NCBI GenBank assembly: GCA_963735035.1
Contig: CAVTJJ010000006.1
Coordinates: forward strand, 64,001 to 128,000
Reading direction: 5' to 3'
From: an uncultured candidate division Zixibacteria bacterium
Lineage (GTDB): Bacteria; Zixibacteria; MSB-5A5; GN15; FEB-12
DNA: 64,000 bases
The position numbers and the translations under genes were made by a program. The notes beneath the pieces were generated by a model that was not told where the DNA came from, made no database searches, and was given only the letters and a program-made list of their open reading frames with translations. Positions 1 through 8,429 of this stretch are shown here, piece after piece (position 1 is the first letter of the stretch; each line of letters opens with the position of its first letter).

Positions 1-2
1 AA

Positions 3-668
3 CAGTATCAAAATCAGGGTCTCTCGCTGGCCGATCTGATCAACGAGGGCAATATCGGCCTGATCAAAGCGGCCAAGCGATTCGACGAGACCCGTGGTTT
101 CAAGTTCATCAGCTACGCCGTCTGGTGGATTCGCCAGGCCATTCTTCAGGCATTGGCCGAGCAGAGCCGTATCGTGCGACTGCCGCTTAACCGCGTCGGC
201 ACGCTTCACAAGATCGGCAAGATCTCCAGCCGTCTTGGAACAGGGACTTGGACGTGAACCCGTCGCCCGAGGAAATCGCCAAGGAATTGGAGCTTTCCGA
301 AGGTGAAGTGGCGGATACGCTGAAGATTTCCAACTCGCACTTGTCGCTCGATGCGCCGTTCTCGGTGTCGGAGGACAATTCGCTCATCGATATTCTCGAG
401 GACGAGTTCCAGCCGTCGCCGGATGAAGCGCTGCTTTCGCAGCTCGCTGCGCGTGGAGATCGAGAAGGCGCTCGATACGCTCACGGCTCGTGAGGCCGAA
501 GTGATCAATCTGTATTTCGGGTTGAATCACGAGAAGGCGCTTACGCTCGAAGAGATCGGCGCCCGGTTTTCGCTGACTCGCGAGCGCGTGCGGCAGATCA
601 AGGAAAAGGCGATTCGTCGCCTGCGCCATGCTTCGCGCAGCCGTTCGCTGAGAGCTTATCTAAATTAA
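3..668 (+). CDS. RNA polymerase sigma-70 factor (RpoD/RpoS family), 5'-truncated by the window edge, with three apparent +1 frameshifts
   Basis: Frame 3 from nt 3 reads [61 protein letters not shown] (region 2). It continues as LEQGLGREP (frame 1), [11 protein letters not shown]...LSLDAP (frame 2, region 3) and [27 protein letters not shown] (frame 3, region 4 HTH). Extra bases lie near 237, 259 and 443. Confidence 0.93.
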
Positions 669-691
669 GGTCAACAGTCAGTAGACATTTC

Positions 692-722
692 AAACCGCCC
701 CGAAGTTCGGGGCGGTTTTTTT
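692..722 (+). terminator. Rho-independent terminator of the sigma factor gene
   Basis: AAACCGCCCCGAA-G-TTCGGGGCGGTTT inverted repeat followed by a T run. Confidence 0.9.
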
Positions 723-830
723 GTCTGGTGTCGGAATTCGCAAATTGTTTGATTGGCCGGGTGAACGCGACTCGTGGGTCGCTCAGGAAACCAAATCTAA
801 CTTGTTCTCATGTGAGGAGAACCGCGTCGG

Positions 831-2129
831 ATGGAGCATCGCAAAACTGTTGTCTGGCACCTTCTGGGATTGTTCGCGCTCGGTCTGCTGCTACGGGTTG
901 GCTACGTTCTCATGGCTGTCAACAACATCGGAGTCGATAGGTTCATAAATATCACTCCCGATTCGCAGACTTATCTGGCGGCATCCCGGGAGATATTCGG
1001 ATCAGACGCTTACGGCCTGTTTGCTTTGTATCTGGTAGGCCCGGGGTACGGCTTTATTCTCGGCTTGCTGAGAGTGGTGTTTGGAGAAGGGTTCGTTCCC
1101 GGCATGTGTTTTTCGATCATCATGGGAGCTCTGGCGCCGGTAGCGGTGTATTTGTTCGCGTATGGCATCTTTCGGCATCTCCGTTTGGCGCTGTTGGCTG
1201 GCCTCATCTGTGCCGTTTCGCACACATCGTTGTCGATGAGCGGCCGCATCCTGACGGACCAGACGTTCTTTACACTTCATTGTTTTACCCTCGTATGTCT
1301 GATTGAAGGTCTCAGAAAGGGGAAGTGGAAGTGGTTCGTCTGGGCGGGTTTGCTATGCGGAGTAGCAGCACTCATCCGGCCTGCCGGTCAATTCTGGCCC
1401 TATATCTTCCTGGCCTTGCCGTTCCTATTGCCGTTGCCGGCGGTTTTTGTTTCACGCACACAACTACTGGGTCGAGTGGCAGTGGTCGGATTGCTTGCCC
1501 TCAGCATGACGCTATCCTGGTCAGCTCGAAATTACTTCGTCAACGGTGTCTTTACGTTCGGAAGTGTCGGGATATTAACGGCGCGCAACTGCGTTGTGGC
1601 TCAGATCGATAGTGCGCGTACCGGCCAGAAGATATGGGATCTGAGGAAAGTCTACGAGAACGAAGACGGCGATCACAGTATCTCGTTTGCGGAATCAAAT
1701 GAAAACATGCAGAGACGTGTTAAACAGACTATTGCAGCGGAGCCAGGCAAGTTCGTCAACTTCTACTTTAGCAATCTGTGGGAAAATGCCATCGTTTCGA
1801 ACTCCTATCTGCCGGATGATTTTCCCATGCTTAGGGAACTCGGGTGGGCACAGATCTGGGAAGTTCTGAAAGACATCAATCGCGTGCTCAATGGCATCTT
1901 TGTACTGAGTCTCGTTGTGCTGGCGGTAGATCGACGTTGGTCGGCTCTGGTAATTCTGGGGATAGTCTTTGCTTACTTTACGTTGGTTACCGGGTTCAGT
2001 TTCTGGCAGGGATCGCGTCTTCACTATCCCGCCGAAATGGCCTGGGCGGTGCTATCTGCTTATCTCATAGTGCGGCTATTCAGTCACTGGCGACAGCAGC
2101 CTGCCCCGACAGGAGGCTCCCGCTTCTAG
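831..2129 (+). CDS. GT-C fold membrane glycosyltransferase (ArnT/PMT, GT39/GT83-like)
   Basis: N-terminal TM followed by PDSQTY acidic loop, many TM segments, ILTDQTF and ALIRP motifs typical of ArnT/PMT_2 proteins. Confidence 0.75.
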   Translation: MEHRKTVVWHLLGLFALGLLLRVGYVLMAVNNIGVDRFINITPDSQTYLAASREIFGSDAYGLFALYLVGPGYGFILGLLRVVFGEGFVPGMCFSIIMGALAPVAVYLFAYGIFRHLRLALLAGLICAVSHTSLSMSGRILTDQTFFTLHCFTLVCLIEGLRKGKWKWFVWAGLLCGVAALIRPAGQFWPYIFLALPFLLPLPAVFVSRTQLLGRVAVVGLLALSMTLSWSARNYFVNGVFTFGSVGILTARNCVVAQIDSARTGQKIWDLRKVYENEDGDHSISFAESNENMQRRVKQTIAAEPGKFVNFYFSNLWENAIVSNSYLPDDFPMLRELGWAQIWEVLKDINRVLNGIFVLSLVVLAVDRRWSALVILGIVFAYFTLVTGFSFWQGSRLHYPAEMAWAVLSAYLIVRLFSHWRQQPAPTGGSRF

Positions 2130-2155
2130 GGCAGTGATTAGATGTCCGGCCTTTT

Positions 2156-2512
2156 TCAGGCGGCTCCTTCAGAACCTTCCATTTTCTCCAGTTTCTCCCT
2201 CAGTAGTGCCAGTTCCTGAGCGATGAGCTTGTTCTGTTCAGTGTGGCGAGAAATTACCACGGTGAGGTGGAGAAAAAGGAGAATGCCGAAAAGAATCCCG
2301 ACTAACAACAGCACTGCCGGCGCGTAGAAAATTCCTATCGCCGCGGCGACCGTATCCAGCAGGTGGCGCCACAGCGACATGATCAGCAGCGCCACCGTTC
2401 CGATCAGCCAGAGTATACTGTATTCGACTCGCAGGGAGCGGTTTCGGATAAGCGAGACGACGCCTATTATCAGAGCGATACTGGCGGTAATTGCGAGAAT
2501 CTGGACGTTCAC
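2156..2512 (-). CDS. DUF2304 family membrane protein (GacJ/Rv3632-like activator of a polyprenyl-phosphate glycosyltransferase)
   Basis: 118 aa, 3 TM, LRVEYSILW and C-terminal KLIAQELAL motifs; overlaps the GT2 gene by 4 nt. Confidence 0.85.
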   Translation of the reverse strand: MNVQILAITASIALIIGVVSLIRNRSLRVEYSILWLIGTVALLIMSLWRHLLDTVAAAIGIFYAPAVLLLVGILFGILLFLHLTVVISRHTEQNKLIAQELALLREKLEKMEGSEGAA

Positions 2513-3264
2513 GGTTTGTCCTTTCTAAGGGAAATCGTCTGGCGTCGAGTGGCCGCGATAATGACGGCCAACATGACTTTGGTCATATAATAGGCCGAGT
2601 CGAGTCGACCAATCGATGATTGTCCGCCCCGGCGAGGTCGCATCTGCACCGGGACTTCCTGGAGGCGAAAGCCGTTGCGATGAAGTTCAACCAGCGACTC
2701 CGGTTCCGGATAGTCCTGAGGATAACTTGTTGCCAGAAATTCGATCGCCTTTCTACCGTAGGCGCGAAACCCGGACGTTGGATCGGTGAACCGGCGTCCC
2801 GTAAGTAGCGAGACTTCCCTTCGAAGTAACCAGATGCCTAGTCGTCGGAACCATCCGATGTGAACTTCCTGATCCATCGTGAAACGGGAGCCGCAGACGA
2901 CATCCGCTTCTCCTCTGACAATGGGGGACATCAACCCGTCGATCTCGGCAGCCATATGCTGACCGTCGCCGTCGAACTGCACGGCCATATCGAATTGCTG
3001 CGCCAGGGCATATTTCAAGCCGGTCTGGACGGCTCCGCCAATACCGAGATTCACGGCCGGCGTCAACACCGTCACTCCCGGCAGGCGAGCGGCGGCCCGA
3101 GTGTTATCAGTGGAGGCGTCGTCTACCACTACAGCGACAATCTCAGGATGATGTACCCGAAGGTCGTTCAGAGTAACCGCGATGTTTGTCTCTTCATTGT
3201 AAGCGGGGATGATCGCACAGATTCGGATTGTCAATGGGGGGGACTGTTCGTGGGCGTTGGTCAT
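2509..3264 (-). CDS. Glycosyltransferase family 2, polyprenol-phosphate (DPM/DPG synthase-like)
   Basis: IIPAYNEE, VDDASTD, NLGIGGAVQTG, QFDGDGQH, GSRF and DPTSGFRAY motifs. Confidence 0.9.
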   Translation of the reverse strand: MTNAHEQSPPLTIRICAIIPAYNEETNIAVTLNDLRVHHPEIVAVVVDDASTDNTRAAARLPGVTVLTPAVNLGIGGAVQTGLKYALAQQFDMAVQFDGDGQHMAAEIDGLMSPIVRGEADVVCGSRFTMDQEVHIGWFRRLGIWLLRREVSLLTGRRFTDPTSGFRAYGRKAIEFLATSYPQDYPEPESLVELHRNGFRLQEVPVQMRPRRGGQSSIGRLDSAYYMTKVMLAVIIAATRRQTISLRKDKP

Positions 3265-3265
3265 G

Positions 3266-4513
3266 TCACGACTTTCTTCTCGTAACCAGCCACAACAGGA
3301 GAAAGGCCGCCGACAGCCCCACGCTTAGCCCGGCCATGTCACGTCGCATCACTGAACTGGAGCCGTAGGCAAATACCGGATGCAGAGCGTATGCCAACCA
3401 GATACCGGCCGCACCCAGAGCCAGTGTGATAAATATATAGAGAGCCAGACGCCGCCAACTGGCCCGGTTCATACCGGAAAGCCAGGCTTCACGAACCGCA
3501 TACAGAGCCAAAGGAATCACAAATATGAATGGGGGGAACAGGAGGCGCGTTTCTCTGACCATGGCCAGCGCCATCGTGGCTGCTGTGTTGACAGGCCAAT
3601 ACAGGATGAGTCCACAAAACAGAAACTTTTCCTGCCGAGATCGGTCTCGCCTGGCCATAAGAAACCACCCGAGGATCGCGGCCGGCAGAAGCCAACTGAA
3701 GGCGTTTATAAGGGAGACAATTGAATCAGCAGCATCACGGGAATTTGCGAAGTTGAATTTGAGAAGTCCCCAGGGAGCAGGTCCGAAGGCGCTATCAAAC
3801 CTTGACATGTAGACCAAGAAAGCTGCAACCGGCGCGGCCAGACAGATGATCAGGAGGAGCTGTCGAATCTTGTGCCTATCCTGCCAGGCCATGAAGACCA
3901 GCACAGGGAAGAAGAAAGTGGCAGTTTCACGAGCCAGACAAGCAGCAAAGAAGAAGAGGGCCACCATCGGCCAGTTGTGCTTCAGCAGCGCCAAAGATGT
4001 AGCTATGAGAAAACCGTACAGCCAGAAGTCATCCCAGGTGTGAATCGGGGCAAAATGGGCCGCCAGAACAGGAAACGACAGCAGATAGAAGGCCAGCCCA
4101 ACATGTCCCCAGCGGCGTCCGAAACCAAGGACGAGCAGGAATCGATAGAACAGGTAGGCCGTCAACCCTGCCAGGCAGTACTGAATTACGAAGAAGGCGT
4201 CCTTGTGGGCCATTCCCGAAACGGAAGCGAGCGCCAGCGTGGCGTAACTCTGGAACGGGCGCATACAGAACGGATAGTCGCGAAGATGCAGATCGAGGCT
4301 GGGACGCCAATCCTCGGGTGTGAGCGAAAACGACGAGCCGGACATTGTGAAGTGGAGGATAAGTGACAAGGCCATGCCGCCCAGAATAATTGCCGGAGTC
4401 AGCCACTGGTGTGAAGGCTGTGAGTTTGAGTCAGGGTTCGGTTGCAACTGTGCTACACTATCATAGAGTTCAAAATGATCCGGTAAGATGGTATCAGCCC
4501 AGGAAGTTGTCAA
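3266..4513 (-). CDS. Multi-pass membrane protein, probable GT-C glycosyltransferase (start uncertain)
   Basis: About 10 hydrophobic segments, TWDD and LARET motifs, co-oriented with and 1 nt from the GT2 gene. Confidence 0.55.
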   Translation of the reverse strand: MTTSWADTILPDHFELYDSVAQLQPNPDSNSQPSHQWLTPAIILGGMALSLILHFTMSGSSFSLTPEDWRPSLDLHLRDYPFCMRPFQSYATLALASVSGMAHKDAFFVIQYCLAGLTAYLFYRFLLVLGFGRRWGHVGLAFYLLSFPVLAAHFAPIHTWDDFWLYGFLIATSLALLKHNWPMVALFFFAACLARETATFFFPVLVFMAWQDRHKIRQLLLIICLAAPVAAFLVYMSRFDSAFGPAPWGLLKFNFANSRDAADSIVSLINAFSWLLPAAILGWFLMARRDRSRQEKFLFCGLILYWPVNTAATMALAMVRETRLLFPPFIFVIPLALYAVREAWLSGMNRASWRRLALYIFITLALGAAGIWLAYALHPVFAYGSSSVMRRDMAGLSVGLSAAFLLLWLVTRRKS

Positions 4514-4534
4514 ACGTCAATTACATCGGGGTGC

Positions 4535-4563
4535 TTGACAGACTGCATAGAGTCTCTTAGAAT
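4535..4563 (+). promoter_or_regulatory. Sigma-70 promoter of the AftA-like gene (probably leaderless transcript)
   Basis: TTGACA-N17-TAGAAT, with the ATG at 4569 only 5 nt after the -10 box and no Shine-Dalgarno. Confidence 0.7.
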
Positions 4564-4568
4564 GTCTT

Positions 4569-6872
4569 ATGCGGCGTTTGAGTGTGGGACTGGTAGATTC
4601 AATCCGAAGAGCGCTCCAGGAGCGCGCCACAATTACAATTGCCTTTGGCGGTTTTGTTCTGCTGGGTTTCTACTTGTTCAAATATGCCCTGCCGGTCAAG
4701 TCTTTCAGCGAAGAGCTTCTGATTTACGACACGATCTGGCTCGACGCCTGGTCGCTCGGTTTTGTGCTTGTTTGTGCGGCTATTTGGCTTAGTCCTCTGA
4801 GCGGACGAACTAAGGCTATGCTGGGGATTCTTGCGCTCGGGATTTATGGCTTTGTCGAGATAGCCGTGATTTTCGACGGCACTCCATTCAGTTCATACGC
4901 CTACTGGGGGGATCAGAAGTTCCGTCAGGCGATGATTCTAAAGTTCATGGAATTTGGATATCCGGTTGATTTCTATTATAAGAGTCTGCCCCCGTTCTAC
5001 CCGCCGGTGTTGTACTTGATATTTGCGGGTTTGGGCAATCTGCTGTCGCTCCCCGCGTACGCGATGCTCAAGACCGGTGGGATGTTGATTTATTTGGTGG
5101 GACCGTTCCTGCTGTATTGGCTTTGGAAGCCGCTGGTGGGAAGCCTGCGTTCCTGGTTGATCGTCTTGTTCACGTTCCTGGTTTGTTCATTCCCGACCCC
5201 GTATATGTTAACCGCGCCCCACGCCTTTATCTCAACAGCAATATTCATCCCCTGGTGGCTGCGGTTTGTTGAGAACGTCCACGGTCTGAAATCGCGCTTC
5301 CTGCATTGGTTTGTTGGAGGCCTGCTCGGGGCGGTTATCATGACCATCTATTTCTATCCGCTGATGGTCGGTGTGTTCCTGCTGATCCTCAAAGCCGCGT
5401 ACGATCTGCGAAATAAGATAACGGGTCGAAGAATAGTATTGCAGTGGACTCGAGTACTCGGTGTGATGGCAGTCAGCCTGCTGCTTTCGATCTGGTTCTG
5501 GTTACCGGCTCTGCTGTCGGTTCTGCAGTATGGCTCTGATCGCTCACGCGGAGGCTGGCACCATATTGATTCAACATCGATCGGTCTGGCTTTTACGTCG
5601 TTCACCTGGGCTGGCATCTTGTTCCTTGGAGCGATCATACTGGCACTAAGACACTGGCGCGGGCAACTTCAGCGTTGTCTCTTGATCCTGCTGGGAGTCG
5701 TTGTCCCGTATCTTTTCGTTGGTTCGCTGCTGGGTGTCTGGAACCACGAAATCAATCTGGTCAAGGCCCGCGACATGGTCAACGTTTTCGCCGGCCCGTT
5801 TATCGGACTTGCTTTCGGGGTCTTATTGCGCCGCTGGCGTTCAGTGCAGGCGCGCTGGGTAGTGCCTGTGCTCGCAGCGCTGGCTGTCATGGTGCTATGT
5901 CATCAGTTTAATGATTACGCCAAGACCGACTGGGTGCGAACCGCACGAAAGGCCTACGTACCCACCTGGAACACCGACAGCGCCGAGATGGCATCCCGCG
6001 CCGGTTCGGTCTTTCTCTGCGGCCAGGAGACGTTCCCGTCGTTCTATCCGGTCTACACTTTCTTGGCGGCGAACGAACATTATTCGCACCCGGCCTGTCG
6101 CTTCAAGCAAAGATACGATTTTCTGGACCTGCTCGAAGATGAACCCGATCCGAGAATCGTCAACATTGCCTTAAGAACGAATCAGTACGATGAGGTCGAT
6201 TACTTTATGCCCCACCGCGAGGGGACGGTGTTCGACATCACCATTTCGTTGAGCAATTATCCCGATCGGTACCATACCAGGCTGTTCAAATTTCCAGAGA
6301 CATTGGTAGCTGACACAACCCTGTTCCGTCGCTGCAAGGGGGATGATCTGTACCAGGTGATGACGCTGCCCGATCAGTCCGAAGCGACATCTAGGTATAT
6401 ACGTCCCTCGGGATCAGACACGCTCCTGCAGCTAATGCACTTGTCGATGATTCGTGATCGGCTCACGACGGCAGGGCAGGGCGAGTTGGATGCCTATACC
6501 CGGACTGACTGGTCTCGATGGCAACGTCCTCCCGAGGCGGAGGTGGCAACGAAGTTCGGCGACTCGGTGCAATTGAAGGATCTGAGGATTGTTGCCGACG
6601 GGGATTCGCTGCGTTTACTGATGGCGTTCGAGGCGCTTGAGTCTTTGTCCCGTCGGTTCAGGGTTATGGTGCATGTGTTCGTCGGGGAGCAGTTGACTAA
6701 TTGCGATTTCGATCCGGAGAAGCCGACCGACACCTGGGGACGGTACGAGAGCGTGATCTTGAAGCGGGCTATTCCGCGACCGCAGAGTCGATTCCTACTT
6801 ATCATCGGGTTGTTCGATAAGACGGGCAATTTGTCGGGCGTAGCCAGTGTCGACAGCGATTTTATAGAGTGA
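4569..6872 (+). CDS. Arabinofuranosyltransferase AftA-like GT-C enzyme with a C-terminal extracytoplasmic extension
   Basis: GDQKFRQAMI...FYYKSLPPFYPP resembles the AftA N-terminal DQQFR...LPPFYPP motif. FPSFYPVYTF...EHYSHPACRFKQR resembles the AftA C-terminal FLSYYPY...SHYANPLAQFDKR motif. About 13 TM segments. Confidence 0.75.
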   Translation: MRRLSVGLVDSIRRALQERATITIAFGGFVLLGFYLFKYALPVKSFSEELLIYDTIWLDAWSLGFVLVCAAIWLSPLSGRTKAMLGILALGIYGFVEIAVIFDGTPFSSYAYWGDQKFRQAMILKFMEFGYPVDFYYKSLPPFYPPVLYLIFAGLGNLLSLPAYAMLKTGGMLIYLVGPFLLYWLWKPLVGSLRSWLIVLFTFLVCSFPTPYMLTAPHAFISTAIFIPWWLRFVENVHGLKSRFLHWFVGGLLGAVIMTIYFYPLMVGVFLLILKAAYDLRNKITGRRIVLQWTRVLGVMAVSLLLSIWFWLPALLSVLQYGSDRSRGGWHHIDSTSIGLAFTSFTWAGILFLGAIILALRHWRGQLQRCLLILLGVVVPYLFVGSLLGVWNHEINLVKARDMVNVFAGPFIGLAFGVLLRRWRSVQARWVVPVLAALAVMVLCHQFNDYAKTDWVRTARKAYVPTWNTDSAEMASRAGSVFLCGQETFPSFYPVYTFLAANEHYSHPACRFKQRYDFLDLLEDEPDPRIVNIALRTNQYDEVDYFMPHREGTVFDITISLSNYPDRYHTRLFKFPETLVADTTLFRRCKGDDLYQVMTLPDQSEATSRYIRPSGSDTLLQLMHLSMIRDRLTTAGQGELDAYTRTDWSRWQRPPEAEVATKFGDSVQLKDLRIVADGDSLRLLMAFEALESLSRRFRVMVHVFVGEQLTNCDFDPEKPTDTWGRYESVILKRAIPRPQSRFLLIIGLFDKTGNLSGVASVDSDFIE

Positions 6873-6900
6873 TAACTTTCTCTGAAGCGGGTGCCTTGCT

Positions 6901-8013
6901 GTGATGTACGCCAAGCTGGACAGGTTTGCAGATTGGCTGGAAGACAAGAGTGGGCATGTCGCCGGCATTTGGGTTGCACTTGGCTTGATAGCTGCTGCCG
7001 CGATCTATGTGCGCCCGGCGATAAATACGATTTCTCTGGGTGTCCTATACGGGCGGATGGCCGATGATCCATTTACTCTGATCGATGGAAACTATGTCGC
7101 GTTCCGAATTCTGACCCCGTTACTGAGCTATCTGCTCGGGTTCCGGGGTCAGCTAATAATTATCACGAATCTTCTCGTGGCGTGCACCTTACTAGCTCTG
7201 GTATACACATATTTCAGAAGCCGAACCAGTCGACCAGGAGACGCTCTTTTCGCCGTGGCTGTCATGGCTTTTTCTCTGGTGACACTGACCACGATCTACT
7301 ATGGCGGCTACACTGATTCGCTTACCTATCTCATCGTATTTCTGATGTGGTGGACAAGGCGAAGACCGGTATGGTTCTATTCCCTCTTTATGGTGGGCAT
7401 GCTGAATCGAGAGTGCATGCTGTTTCTTGTCCCCTGGTTCGTCTTCTTGCGCTGGGAAGAACGGGGTTCGCTCGGAAAGACCTTGGCTGAAGCTGCGATC
7501 GGCATCGGTCTGGCTTTGATGCCGTACTATTTTGTGCGTCAGTGGATTGCTGCCCAGGGGGAGGTTCCCTTCCGCGCCATGTACTATCTTAAGCCGTTGT
7601 TAGATAATCCCCTCTATTGGCTGAGAAGATCCTATCCTTATTGTGGACTGGGCCTGTTTACCGTCTTCAAAGTTTTCTGGATAATCCCCTTAATGGCAGG
7701 GTTAGCGATGTGGCGGTCCGGGGAGCGGCGCCAAGTGATGTCGATGTTACTCTTGCTGGGATGCGCGTTTTCGCAGCTTGTCATAGCCTTTGACTCGTCG
7801 CGCATGCTGACTTTGGCCTTTCCGGTCATGCTGATAGGCCTGCTCTATCTTTTCAAGACAGATTCTTACAATTTTCGTACCTGGGCCGGGTACCTGTTTG
7901 TGGGCAACCTTTTGGTGCCGCAACTTTATACCGCTGCGAATACGGTCGAAATCATGTACTCCCTTCCGGGAAACATTTTGATGCTCCTTCTGAAGGATAA
8001 GGTGGGGTGGTAG
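6901..8013 (+). CDS. Multi-pass membrane protein, probable GT-C glycosyltransferase
   Basis: FRILTPLL, YTDSL, LNRE and DSSRM motifs among about 9 TM segments; operonic with the AftA-like gene. Confidence 0.55.
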   Translation: MMYAKLDRFADWLEDKSGHVAGIWVALGLIAAAAIYVRPAINTISLGVLYGRMADDPFTLIDGNYVAFRILTPLLSYLLGFRGQLIIITNLLVACTLLALVYTYFRSRTSRPGDALFAVAVMAFSLVTLTTIYYGGYTDSLTYLIVFLMWWTRRRPVWFYSLFMVGMLNRECMLFLVPWFVFLRWEERGSLGKTLAEAAIGIGLALMPYYFVRQWIAAQGEVPFRAMYYLKPLLDNPLYWLRRSYPYCGLGLFTVFKVFWIIPLMAGLAMWRSGERRQVMSMLLLLGCAFSQLVIAFDSSRMLTLAFPVMLIGLLYLFKTDSYNFRTWAGYLFVGNLLVPQLYTAANTVEIMYSLPGNILMLLLKDKVGW

Positions 8014-8091
8014 AGACTCAACTTTCCCCTTGATTCCTGAGTTAGGGCGGATATATTTGGGTCGCTCGGCGTTCGCCGGGCCGTGATTGAT

Positions 8092-8175
8092 GCCGAAGTG
8101 GTGGAACTGGTAGACGCGCTGCGTTCAGGGCGCAGTTTCCGCAAGGGAGTGGGGGTTCAAATCCCCCCTTCGGCA
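8092..8175 (+). tRNA. tRNA-Leu(CAG)
   Basis: GCCGAAG/CTTCGGC acceptor stem, D-loop GGAACTGGTAGAC, anticodon arm CTGCG-TTCAGGG-CGCAG, long variable arm, GGGGG-TTCAAAT-CCCCC T arm; CCA not encoded. Confidence 0.95.
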
Positions 8176-8429
8176 TAATTTGTTATACCACATTAGATTA
8201 TCGAGTGGAGGGTGAGGTTGCGCTGATTCATCTCGCAGTCCTCTTACTACTTTCTGACACGATTTTGAGAATGTGACCGTGTTGTAAGTCGTTGCTGTCG
8301 GGTATCATGCGACTTACTTTGGGGAGTGGTGTGTCCAAGTTGTTTGATCGCGCACATACAGATGTTCAGATACAACCGCGTAGCTTGAACGTAGGAACGC
8401 AAACATGCCTGTCTTGAAAGCAGTCAAGT

